Shown in pieces: positions 13,801-26,029 of a stretch of DNA of 64,000 nucleotides. The position numbers were made by a program, and so were the translations under genes. Positions within the stretch are counted from its first letter, which is position 1, and the number at the start of each line of letters is the position of its first letter. Below the pieces are notes generated by a model. It was not told where the DNA came from. It ran no database searches and was given only the letters and a program-made list of their open reading frames with translations. Source of the stretch: Chrysomallon squamiferum (lineage: Eukaryota > Animalia > Mollusca); contig CM022672.1 in the NCBI GenBank assembly GCA_012295275.1, positions 28,892,001 to 28,956,000 on the forward strand, written 5' to 3'.

Positions 13801-16800
13801 TGCTCGTAAAAGATGTGGATTCGACTGACAGAAGGTAAGAGAGGTCTTCAATGCGGTAATCGACGTTGACGCTGTCGATCGTACACATTACTATCTCCTA
13901 CAATCGTGTTTCGAAAATGTGGGTCACTGGGTCAGATAGAAATTACAAGCTGGAATCGGTCAGATTTGAACATTTCGTCTCCAACGAGATAAACGTTCAC
14001 CGGTAAGAACAGCTGAGAGCACCATCCTCTTCGAATAGTAATTCCCGCCGAATGTAATTGCATGTCTTCTCGCTCTCAGAAACACATACACAGACACGCA
14101 CTAAGCATCAAACTCATCTGATTACACACAGAGACGTTGTTAGATGCCTGTCTACAAGGCGTTGAGAACGGTTACAATTGTTACTCTTAAAAGACATGTA
14201 TTGCTGACAGACGGCAATTGATGTCTTCACTGCCACAACCGACGTTGACGCTTTCGATCTTACACACTACTATCTCCTACAATCGTGTTTCGTAAATGTG
14301 GGTCACTGGGTCAGATAGAAATTACAAGCTGGAATCGGTCAGATTTGAACATCTCGTCTCTAACGCGATAAACGTTCACCGGTAAGAACAGCTGAGAGCA
14401 CCATCCTCTTCGAATAGTAATTCCCGCCGAATGTAGTTGCATGTCATCTCGCTCTCAGAAACACATACACAGACACGCACTAACCATCAAATTCATCTGA
14501 TTACACACAGAGACGTTGTTAGAGGCCTGTCTACAAGGCGTTGTGAACGGTTACAATTGTTGCTCGTAAAAGATGTGGGTTCGACACAGAAGGTAAGAGA
14601 GGTCTTCAATGCGGTAATCGACGTTGACGCTGTCGATCGTACACATTACTATCTCCTACAATCGTGTTTCGAAAATGTAGGTCACTGGGTCAGATAGAAA
14701 TTACAAGCTGGAATCGGTCAGATTTGAACATCTCGTCTCTAACGCGATAAACGTTCACCGGTAAAAACAGCTGAGAGCACCATCCTCTTCGAATAGTAAT
14801 TCCCGCCGTAATTCCCGCCGAATGTAATTGCATGTCTTCTCGCTCTCAGAAACACATACACAGACACGCACTAACCATCAAATTCATCTGATTACACACA
14901 GAGACGTTGTTAGAGGCCTGTCTACAAGGCGTTGTGAACGGTTACAATTGTTGCTCGTAAAAGATGTGGATTCGACACAGAAGGTAAGAGAGGTCTTCAA
15001 TGCGGTAATCGACGTTGACGCTGTCGATCGTACACATTACTATCTCCTACAATCGTGTTTCGAAAATGTGGGTCACTGGGTCAGATAGAAATTACAAGCT
15101 GGAATCGGTCAGATTTGAACATTTCGTCTCCAACGAGATAAACGTTCACCGGTAAGAACAGCTGAGAGCACCATCCTCTTCGAATAGTAATTCCCGCCGA
15201 ATGTAATTGCATGTCTTCTCGCTCTCAGAAACACATACACAGACACGCACTAACCATCAAATTCATCTGATTACACACAGAGACGTTGTTAGATGCCTGT
15301 CTACAAGGCGTTGAGAACGGTTACAATTGTTACTCTTAAAAGACATGTATTGCTGACAGACGGCAATTGATGTCTTCACTGCCACAACCGACGTTGACGC
15401 TTTCGATCTTACACACTACTATCTCCTACAATCGTGTTTCGTAAATGTGGGTCACTGGGTCAGATAGAAATTACAAGCTGGAATCGGTCAGATTTGAACA
15501 TCTCGTCTCTAACGCGATAAACGTTCACCGGTAAGAACAGCTGAGAGCACCATCCTCTTCGAATAGTAATTCCCGCCGAATGTAGTTGCATGTCATCTCG
15601 CTCTCAGAAACACATACACAGACACGCACTAACCATCAAATTCATCTGATTACACACAGAGACGTTGTTAGAGGCCTGTCTACAAGGCGTTGTGAACGGT
15701 TACAATTGTTGCTCGTAAAAGATGTGGATTCGACACAGAAGGTAAGAGAGGTCTTCAATGCGGTAATCGACGTTGACGCTGTCGATCGTACACATTACTA
15801 TCGTACACATTACTATCTCCTACAATCGTGTTTCGAAAATGTGGGTCACTGGGTCAGATAGAAATTACAAGCTGGAATCGGTCAGATTTGAACATCTCGT
15901 CTCCAACGCGATAAACGTTCACCGGTAAGAACAGCTGAGAGCACCATCCTCTTCGAATAGTAATTCCCGCCGAATGTAATTGCATGTCTTCTCGCTCTCA
16001 GAAACACATACACAGACACGCACTAAGCATCAAACTCATCTGATTACACACAGAGACGTTGTTAGATGCCTGTCTACAAGGCGTTGAGAACGGTTACAAT
16101 TGTTACTCTTAAAAGACATGTATTGCTGACAGACGGCAATTGATGTCTTCACTGCCACAACCGACGTTGACGCTTTCGATCTTACACACTACTATCTCCT
16201 ACAATCGTGTTTCGTAAATGTGGGTCACTGGGTCAGATAGAAATTACAAGCTGGAATCGGTCAGATTTGAACATCTCGTCTCTAACGCGATAAACGTTCA
16301 CCGGTAAGAACAGCTGAGAGCACCATCCTCTTCGAATAGTAATTCCCGCCGAATGTAGTTGCATGTCATCTCGCTCTCAGAAACACATACACAGACACGC
16401 ACTAACCATCAAATTCATCTGATTACACACAGAGACGTTGTTAGAGGCCTGTCTACAAGGCGTTGTGAACGGTTACAATTGTTGCTCGTAAAAGATGTGG
16501 ATTCGACACAGAAGGTAAGAGAGGTCTTCAATGCGGTAATCGACGTTGACGCTGTCGATCGTACACATTACTATCTCCTACAATCGTGTTTCGAAAATGT
16601 GGGTCACTGGGTCAGATAGAAATTACAAGCTGGAATCGGTCAGATTTGAACATCTCGTCTCTAACGCGATAAACGTTCACCGGTAAAAACAGCTGAGAGC
16701 ACCATCCTCTTCGAATAGTAATTCCCGCCGAATGTAATTGCATGTCTTCTCGCTCTCAGAAACACATACACAGACACGCACTAACCATCAAATTCATCTG

Positions 16801-19800
16801 ATTACACACAGAGACGTTGTTAGAGGCCTGTCTACAAGGCGTTGTGAACGGTTACAATTGTTGCTCGTAAAAGATGTGGATTCGACACAGAAAAAAGATG
16901 TGGATTCGACACAGAAGGTAAGAGAGGTCTTCAATGCGGTAATCGACGTTGACGCTGTCGATCGTACACATTACTATCTCCTACAATCGTGTTTCGAAAA
17001 TGTGGGTCACTGGGTCAGATAGAAATTACAAGCTGGAATCGGTCAGATTTGAACATCTCGTCTCGAACGCGATAAACGTTCACCGGTAAGAACAGCTGAG
17101 AGCACCATCCTCTTCGAATAGTAATTCCCGCCGAATGTAATTGCATGTCTTCTCGCTCTCAGAAACACATACACAGACACGCACTAAGCATCAAATTCAT
17201 CTGATTACACACAGAGACGTTGTTAGATGCCTGTCTACAAGGCGTTGAGAACGGTTACAATTGTTACTCTTAAAAGACATGTATTGCTGACAGACGGCAA
17301 TTGATGTCTTCACTGCCACAACCGACGTTGACGCTTTCGATCTTACACACTACTATCTCCTACAATCGTGTTTCGTAAATGTGGGTCACTGGGTCAGATA
17401 GAAATTACAAGCTGGAATCGGTCAGATTTGAACATTTCGTCTCTAACGCGATAAACGTTCACCGGTAAGAACAGCTGAGAGCACCATCCTCTTCGAATAG
17501 TAATTCCCGCCGAATGTTGCATGTCATCTCGCTCTCAGAAACACATACACAGACACGCACTAACCATCAAATTCATCTGATTACACACAGAGACGTTGTT
17601 AGAGGCCTGTCTACAAGGCGTTGTGAACGGTTACAATTGTTGCTCGTAAAAGATGTGGATTCGACACAGAAGGTAAGAGAGGTCTTCAATGCGGTAATCG
17701 ACGTTGACGCTGTCGATCGTACACATTACTATCTCCTACAATCGTGTTTCGAAAATGTGGGTCACTGGGTCAGATAGAAATTACAAGCTGGAATCGGTCA
17801 GATTTGAACATCTCGTCTCTAACGCGATAAACGTTCACCGGTAAAAACAGCTGAGAGCACCATCCTCTTCGAATAGTAATTCCCGCCGAATGTAATTGCA
17901 TGTCTTCTCGCTCTCAGAAACACATACACAGACACGCACTAACCATCAAATTCATCTGATTACACACAGAGACGTTGTTAGAGGCCTGTCTACAAGGCGT
18001 TGTGAACGGTTACAATTGTTGCTCGTAAAAGATGTGGATTCGACACAGAAGGTAAGAGAGGTCTTCAATGCGGTAATCGACGTTGACGCTGTCGATCGTA
18101 CACATTACTATCTCCTACAATCGTGTTTCGAAAATGTGGGTCACTGGGTCAGATAGAAATTACAAGCTGGAATCGGTCAGATTTGAACATCTCGTCTCCA
18201 ACGCGATAAACGTTCACCGGTAAGAACAGCTGAGAGCACCATCCTCTTCGAATAGTAATTCCCGCCGAATGTAATTGCATGTCTTCTCGCTCTCAGAAAC
18301 ACATACACAGACACGCACTAACCATCAAATTCATCTGATTACACACAGAGACGTTGTTAGATGCCTGTCTACAAGGCGTTGAGAACGGTTACAATTGTTA
18401 CTCTTAAAAGACATGTATTGCTGACAGACGGCAATTGATGTCTTCACTGCCACAACCGACGTTGACGCTTTCGATCTTACACACTACTATCTCCTACAAT
18501 CGTGTTTCGTAAATGTGGGTCACTGGGTCAGATAGAAATTACAAGCTGGAATCGGTCAGATTTGAACATTTCGTCTCCAACGAGATAAACGTTCACCGGT
18601 AAGAACAGCTGAGAGCACCATCCTCTTCGAATAGTAATTCCCGCCGAATGTAATTGCATGTCTTCTCGCTCTCAGAAACACATACACAGACACGCACTAA
18701 GCATCAAACTCATCTGATTACACACAGAGACGTTGTTAGATGCCTGTCTACAAGGCGTTGAGAACGGTTACAATTGTTACTCTTAAAAGACATGTATTGC
18801 TGACAGACGGCAATTGATGTCTTCACTGCCACAACCGACGTTGACGCTTTCGATCTTACACACTACTATCTCCTACAATCGTGTTTCGTAAATGTGGGTC
18901 ACTGGGTCAGATAGAAATTACAAGCTGGAATCGGTCAGATTTGAACATCTCGTCTCTAACGCGATAAACGTTCACCGGTAAGAACAGCTGAGAGCACCAT
19001 CCTCTTCGAATAGTAATTCCCGCCGAATGTAGTTGCATGTCATCTCGCTCTCAGAAACACATACACAGACACGCACTAACCATCAAATTCATCTGATTAC
19101 ACACAGAGACGTTGTTAGAGGCCTGTCTACAAGGCGTTGTGAACGGTTACAATTGTTGCTCGTAAAAGATGTGGATTCGACACAGAAGGTAAGAGAGGTC
19201 TTCAATGCGGTAATCGACGTTGACGCTGTCGATCGTACACATTACTATCTCCTACAATCGTGTTTCGAAAATGTGGGTCACTGGGTCAGATAGAAATTAC
19301 AAGCTGGAATCGGTCAGATTTGAACATCTCGTCTCTAACGCGATAAACGTTCACCGGTAAAAACAGCTGAGAGCACCATCCTCTTCGAATAGTAATTCCC
19401 GCCGAATGTAATTGCATGTCTTCTCGCTCTCAGAAACACATACACAGACACGCACTAACACATCACAGATCACTAACCATCAAATTCATCTGATTACACA
19501 CAGAGACGTTGTTAGATGCCTGTCTACAAGGCGTTGAGAACGGTTACAATTGTTACTCTTAAAAGACATGTATTGCTGACAGACGGCAATTGATGTCTTC
19601 ACTGCCACAACCGACGTTGACGCTTTCGATCTTACACACTACTATCTCCTACAATCGTGTTTCGTAAATGTGGGTCACTGGGTCAGATAGAAATTACAAG
19701 CTGGAATCGGTCAGATTTGAACATCTCGTCTCTAACGCGATAAACGTTCACCGGTAAGAACAGCTGAGAGCACCATCCTCTTCGAATAGTAATTCCCGCC

Positions 19801-21983
19801 GAATGTAGTTGCATGTCATGTCATCTCGCTCTCAGAAACACATACACAGACACGCACTAACCATCAAATTCATCTGATTACACACAGAGACGTTGTTAGA
19901 GGCCTGTCTACAAGGCGTTGTGAACGGTTACAATTGTTGCTCGTAAAAGATGTGGATTCGACACAGAAGGTAAGAGAGGTCTTCAATGCGGTAATCGACG
20001 TTGACGCTGTCGATCGTACACATTACTATCTCCTACAATCGTGTTTCGAAAATGTGGGTCACTGGGTCAGATAGAAATTACAAGCTGGAATCGGTCAGAT
20101 TTGAACATCTCGTCTCTAACGCGATAAACGTTCACCGGTAAGAACAGCTGAGAGCACCATCCTCTTCGAATAGTAATTCCCGCCGAATGTAATTGCATGT
20201 CTTCTCGCTCTCAGAAACACATACACAGACACGCACTAACCATCAAATTCATCTGATTACACACAGAGACGTTGTTAGATGCCTGTCTACAAGGCGTTGA
20301 GAACGGTTACAATTGTTACTCTTAAAAGACATGTATTGCTGACAGACGGCAATTGATGTCTTCACTGCCACAACCGACGTTGACGCTTTCGATCTTACAC
20401 ACTACTATCTCCTACAATCGTGTTTCGTAAATGTGGGTCACTGGGTCAGATAGAAATTACAAGCTGGAATCGGTCAGATTTGAACATCTCGTCTCTAACG
20501 CGATAAACGTTCACCGGTAAGAACAGCTGAGAGCACCATCCTCTTCGAATAGTAATTCCCGCCGAATGTAGTTGCATGTCATCTCGCTCTCAGAAACACA
20601 TACACAGACACGCACTAACCATCAAATTCATCTGATTACACACAGAGACGTTGTTAGAGGCCTGTCTACAAGGCGTTGTGAACGGTTACAATTGTTGCTC
20701 GTAAAAGATGTGGATTCGACACAGAAGGTAAGAGAGGTCTTCAATGCGGTAATCGACGTTGACGCTGTCGATCGTACACATTACTATCTCCTACAATCGT
20801 GTTTCGAAAATGTGGGTCACTGGGTCAGATAGAAATTACAAGCTGGAATCGGTCAGATTTGAACATCTCGTCTCTAACGCGATAAACGTTCACCGGTAAA
20901 AACAGCTGAGAGCACCATCCTCTTCGAATAGTAATTCCCGCCGAATGTAATTGCATGTCTTCTCGCTCTCAGAAAACCATCAAATTCATCTGATTACACA
21001 CAGAGACGTTGTTAGAGGCCTGTTCAAGGCTCTCAGAAACACATACACAGACACGCACTAACCATCAAATTCATCTGATTACACACAGAGACGTTGTTAG
21101 AGGCCTGTCTACAAGGCGTTGTGAACGGTTACAATTGTTGCTCGTAAAAGATGTGGATTCGACACAGAAGGTAAGAGAGGTCTTCAATGCGGTAATCGAC
21201 GTTGACGCTGTCGATCGTACACATTACTATCTCCTACAATCGTGTTTCGAAAATGTGGGTCACTGGGTCAGATAGAAATTACAAGCTGGAATCGGTCAGA
21301 TTTGAACATTTCGTCTCCAACGAGATAAACGTTCACCGGTAAGAACAGCTGAGAGCACCATCCTCTTCGAATAGTAATTCCCGCCGAATGTAATTGCATG
21401 TCTTCTCGCTCTCAGAAACACATACACAGACACGCACTAACCATCAAATTCATCTGATTACACACAGAGACGTTGTTAGATGCCTGTCTACAAGGCGTTG
21501 AGAACGGTTACAATTGTTACTCTTAAAAGACATGTATTGCTGACAGACGGCAATTGATGTCTTCACTGCCACAACCGACGTTGACGCTTTCGATCTTACA
21601 CACTACTATCTCCTACAATCGTGTTTCGTAAATGTGGGTCACTGGGTCAGATAGAAATTACAAGCTGGAATCGGTCAGATTTGAACATCTCGTCTCCAAC
21701 GCGATAAACGTTCACCGGTAAGAACAGCTGAGAGCACCATCCTCTTCGAATAGTAATTCCCGCCGAATGTAGTTGCATGTCTTCTCGCTCTCAGAAACAC
21801 ATACACAGACACGCACTAACCATCAAATTCATCTGATTACACACAGAGACGTTGTTAGATGCCTGTCTACAAGGCGTTGAGAACGGTTACAATTGTTACT
21901 CTTAAAATACATGTATTGCTGACAGACGGCAACAGATGTCTTCAATTCCACAACCAACGTTGATGCTTTCGATCTTACATACT
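10839..21983. repeat. Tandem satellite array, 29 monomers of ~379 bp (17 type A, 12 type B)
   Basis: The marker gaaattacaagctggaatcgg starts at 10853, 11232, 11611, 12043, 12421, 12800, 13179, 13558, 13939, 14318, 14697, 15088, 15467, 15861, 16240, 16619, 17022, 17401, 17777, 18156, 18535, 18914, 19293, 19690, 20074, 20453, 20832, 21275 and 21654. Order: BAABAAAABAABABAABAABBABABAABB. Confidence 0.98.
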
Positions 21984-21989
21984 GCAGAG

Positions 21990-23410
21990 GTTAGAAAAAC
22001 GCAAAGTGTATGTTTTATCCGACCCGATAGATATTGATTGAAGCAATCTTAATATTGTGAAGGAATTCTATACACTCTTTCTCAAAACTCAAAAGGAAAC
22101 CATCCAAAGAAGATCAAGATGATATTATACACGTTACTGGATAGAACAGCTGCAGATCTAGAGCGTAAGAGAAATGAAGCCATAGAAACTGGAAAAGAGC
22201 CGACTGTTGACTTGAATATATAATAACAGCAGAGTAATTTTTACCTCTGTTCAAACTGCATGAACACCACAAAATATCTTTGATAAAGATCTTTAAATCA
22301 AGTTAAACTAGTAGCTCTGTACCACAAGCATGGAGAAAGGCAACCATGATCCCAATCCACGTAAGTGGAAAGGTTGAATCCAAACCAGATTGCTACATAT
22401 CCACAAGTTTTCACAAGACGTGTTAGAAAAGTATGATCAACACTAGGCTGATACAAAAAAGAAGCAACTCATTTTCTCAAGAAAATCTGGATTTAGATAG
22501 TAGAGATCCCTTAAAAATCAGGTCAAAGAGACTGAGAAAGCTTTCCGATGAAGAAGAAAAAAAAATGCCTGCTGTCTGGATAAATCTAGAAAATGACTGG
22601 AGGGAGTGATAGAAGATAAAGATGGACCAGTGTGGAATATTAGGCCACATATATCAGTGGATCTGCCAGTACCTAACAAATCAAAAAGTATGAATCCACA
22701 ATCACATACAAAGTAAGAAAAATGAGAAAGAAATCTTTGAAGCATTATGCATCAGAAAGGAGGAGTGCATCTCAACTAATCTCTTCATATTTTAATTTAT
22801 GACATATTAAAGATCTCAAGATGATTCGTGGAGCAATATGTGCTGATCACATGGTTATCTGGTATCATGTGAATGCAAGCAGCTGGTTACATACAAATCA
22901 CATAAAAACCACTTATACAAGTTTTAGATCGGCCAATACAGAACTAAAAGACCACATCCAATTAATGACTTTTAGGTGAAGAGCCAACCTACTTACAAAT
23001 CTGATTTGATTGCAAGATGTTTTGGAAAACACAGATAAACAAATATACTGGAAGAGCCAAAATGCATATGACATCGATAAAGAATCTGTAAGGATCATCC
23101 TGGCATTTTGACTACATCATAAACACAAAATGTTAGATCAGTACTAGAATATAAAATGACAAGAAGAAAACAACAAAATCAAGAGAAAATGTTTCATACA
23201 CCAGGCATGACTGACGAAACATATTCCATAAAGAGATCATGGATCACAAGTCAAAGAAAATCCCAATGCACTACAGAATTCCTGCATGGAAGATGAACAA
23301 CTTTCCAGACATTCAGGACACCGTAAATAAGAACCCAGACAGATTCAGGAAGAAGAGATTTTACTGCAGGGATTTTTCAACCATCAAGTTCAGTGGACAC
23401 AGTTTCATAT
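21990..23410 (+). mobile_element. Decayed non-LTR retrotransposon (I-group LINE) ORF2 fragment 1: EN-RT linker, RT and start of RNase H
   Basis: Motifs in order, broken by frameshifts and stops: KETIQRRSR*YYTRYWIEQLQ (~22095, cf. KESIPRG...PYW.EELQ), VPQAWRKATMIPIH (22319), MINTRL, SGFR (~22487), AVWINLE (22571, cf. AVWIDLEKAFD), QCGILGHIYQWICQYL (22628), GAICADHMVIW (22830, decayed YADD box). Confidence 0.88.
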
Positions 23411-24010
23411 GTGTGTGACTGCATGTTTTATGTTGGATGTTGTGTATGTGTTTTGTTATGGGGTGTAGATATCAGTTGAATGTGTGTTATGTGTTATGTG
23501 TTTTGTGTTATATGTGTGATACATAATAGAAATGGCACCACACAAGGCACACTGTGCTGTGTCTAGTCTGTCTGTCATCTGTGTGTGAGTGTTTGCATGT
23601 TCTGTTGTGTTGGTGTGTGGTGTTTTATGTGTGACATATAGGTGTAGTGTCTGTGTTTGATCTGTATGTGAATGTATAAATGTTTCGTGTTATACATTAG
23701 GTAGGAGTGTTGTGTATATGTCTCATTATGGTGTATATATACTGGTTGTATGTGAATCTTTTGTGTGATTATGTATGGCATGTAAGAGAAATAGCAAAAC
23801 ACAAATCACTATGTGCTCTGCTGTGTTCTGAATCTCTGTTTATCTGTGTGTTTGAAATTGTCTCTGTGTCCGGGTGTGTGTATGTGCCATGTTTGTTTCT
23901 GTTGTTTTGTGTGCCCATATTTGTGTGTTAGTGTTGTTGTATGTATGTATGAAACATGCATGATGTGGGAATCTGTTGTTTGTTGCATGTGTGACACATA
24001 ACAGAAATAG
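23410..24010. repeat. TG-rich low-complexity block; related block at 25620-26020
   Basis: Degenerate (TG)n with the recurring motif cacaa..cacactgtgctg at ~23541, 25625, 25763 and 29165. Confidence 0.75.
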
Positions 24011-24029
24011 ACTAACACAAGCTCCAAGA

Positions 24030-25020
24030 GGACTCCAGCCCTTGAAGACAGGTGACACACATCAAAACCTTCATATAACATTCCAAGTTAAGAATAGAAT
24101 CAGGAAGGCAACAAAAACCTGAATCAAGCAGAAAGTTTTTAGACACCAGGTGCGAATGGTAAAAAAAATGTATATTGACATAGAGCTCAGAGATCATAAA
24201 ATGACAAACATCCCAACACACACCAGAATTCCTCCATAGAAGAGAAATAACTTTCCAGACATTCACGAGTCTGTGTTAGGAATGGTGAAAAAAAGAACCA
24301 AGACACATTTGAAAATAAGAGCTGTTTACCTAGTGTATGTTCACTAAGTCTTTTCTCTAGACCTGTTTACACATTTTATACTGATAGATTAGTCACGGAA
24401 ACAAAAAGAATGGACACAAATTGAATGAAAGATGAGGAAAAAACTCAGATATCTATACCAGCAGATAAATGACACTGCAATCACAAAAGTCTGAAATATA
24501 AACCCTGAGCAATGTAACAGCAATCCTGATTAATAACATCAAGAATTGATACATGGAAGTGGTGATTTCTTTCAGGGTCACAACCCCCCAAGAAAAACCC
24601 AACAAAAACAACATGATTGATCTGGCTAGTGATGTTTCTAGACTGAGCTGTTCGTCTCAACAAGTAACCATCACACTGTAGCATTCTGGAAATGAGGAAG
24701 ATAAATTAGCTAAAGGAGGTAAATTGGTCCAGGAGGAGTCAGAAATCTAGGCTGGATGCAGACCACAGTCAAGCAAATATACAAGAGACTAACACTACAG
24801 AAAGAATGATTGTTAAAACATCAGCAACTTCCAGCGTCCAAAAAAGGTCAAGTAATGATGAAAGACAGGAGAACATGTCACACTGTACATTAAACTAATT
24901 ACATGTATTGAAAATTCTGAATAGGAATAGACACTGGAACAACCCATTGTGATGCCCAAGAAGGAAAGTTTTGCACTGAAGGAAAACTTACAGCATACAG
25001 AAATTCAAGCTACTAAGATC
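24030..25020 (+). mobile_element. Decayed I-group LINE fragment 2 (RNase H and 3' end)
   Basis: Shares aactttccagacattca (24249) with fragments 1 (23299) and 3 (27218). RNase H remnants WTQI (~24410) and PSHC..GNEEDKLAKGG (~24668-24720). 3'-end motif gaaggaaaactta at ~24978. Confidence 0.75.
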
Positions 25021-25443
25021 CTTGTTTGACTATTAGATGAATGAGAAGATGTGTATGAGAATGATTTATGTTCTTTTTTATGTATCGTGTATGTGGTATA
25101 GTTTGTTGAAAGTTCTGTAAACTTATCATCACTTTCAGAAAAACAGTTTATTTCTGTACCAGTTGCTGTAGAAATCAAATCCCTCAACTAAGACATCAGT
25201 TGTAATCTTCAAGTTTTCCAAGTCACCAAGATTTGCACGGCCCTGAAAAATGAAGAAAACAGTGCATGAAGTTTTAGATGCTATCAGATAATAATTATTA
25301 ATAAAGATATTGATTTTCATAGTGAAGATTTCAAGTCTATCATGTTTTACAAGAACCAGTTCTGAATATTTTAAGATTTATATTTATAATCTAGTTGTCT
25401 CCATAGAATTTGTTTTAGATGGTTTATTATTATTATTATTATA

Positions 25444-25482
<39 letters not shown>

Positions 25483-26029
25483 TAGTCATAACATGAGTAA
25501 TTACAAATAAAAAATCAAAACTTTCATTTCCAGATGATGTTCTTCACCTAATAAGTAATAATTACAATTATAAAAATTATCTTGTTGTATTATTTTCTTT
25601 TTGTGTGACAAAATACAGAATCATACAAAACACACTGTGCTGTGCTATATTGCATTATTTGCCATTTGTGTGTGAGTGTGTGTGTGTATGTGTGTGTGTG
25701 TGAGATTTGTGTCATGTGAATCTTGTGTTTTGTAGTGTGACAACTCAAGGTCAACAGTACGACACAAAATACACTGTGCTGAGTTGTACCTGTCTCTGAT
25801 GTTTGTTTCGATGTGTATTATTATATCTTTATGTTCTGTGGTGTTCATATGTGAATGTTGAGTGCGTGGTTTGTATGGTGTATTTGTGTTGTGTTCTGCA
25901 TGTGGTATATGTGGAGTATGTTTGTGTGGTTTCAGTTTGTATGTTTCTGTGTGTGTGTGATGTTTGTAGTGTACTTATTTTGTGTCTATGATGTGGTGAA
26001 ATAGTTTTGATGTTTGATCACCCAGAGAG

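Noticed and set aside
11351-21275. Repeated 86-aa ORFs (MHVISLSETH...) as a tandem gene family
   Set aside because: They start at TTG, not ATG. B units carry stops in this frame, several A units are frameshifted, and the 379-bp unit is not a multiple of 3. Better explained as satellite monomers, possibly a relic of LINE coding sequence.
10825-21944. 14-bp direct repeat as a target-site duplication of the whole array
   Set aside because: Monomer homology continues ~40 bp past the second copy, so it does not cleanly flank an insertion. Kept only as a boundary observation.
10839-21983. Hammerhead-ribozyme retrozyme array (unit size fits animal non-LTR retrozymes)
   Set aside because: I checked CTGA sites on both strands (ctgagag, ctgatta, ctgacag, ctgaccc, ctgaccg). 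None gives the CUGANGA core with a stem II closing on GAAA. A covariance-model scan would be needed to exclude variant ribozymes.
10839-23410. CRISPR-like or functional RT-associated array system
   Set aside because: There are only two cassette states rather than unique spacers, no cas genes, and a eukaryotic context. The neighbouring RT is a heavily decayed LINE with stops, frameshifts and a mutated YADD.
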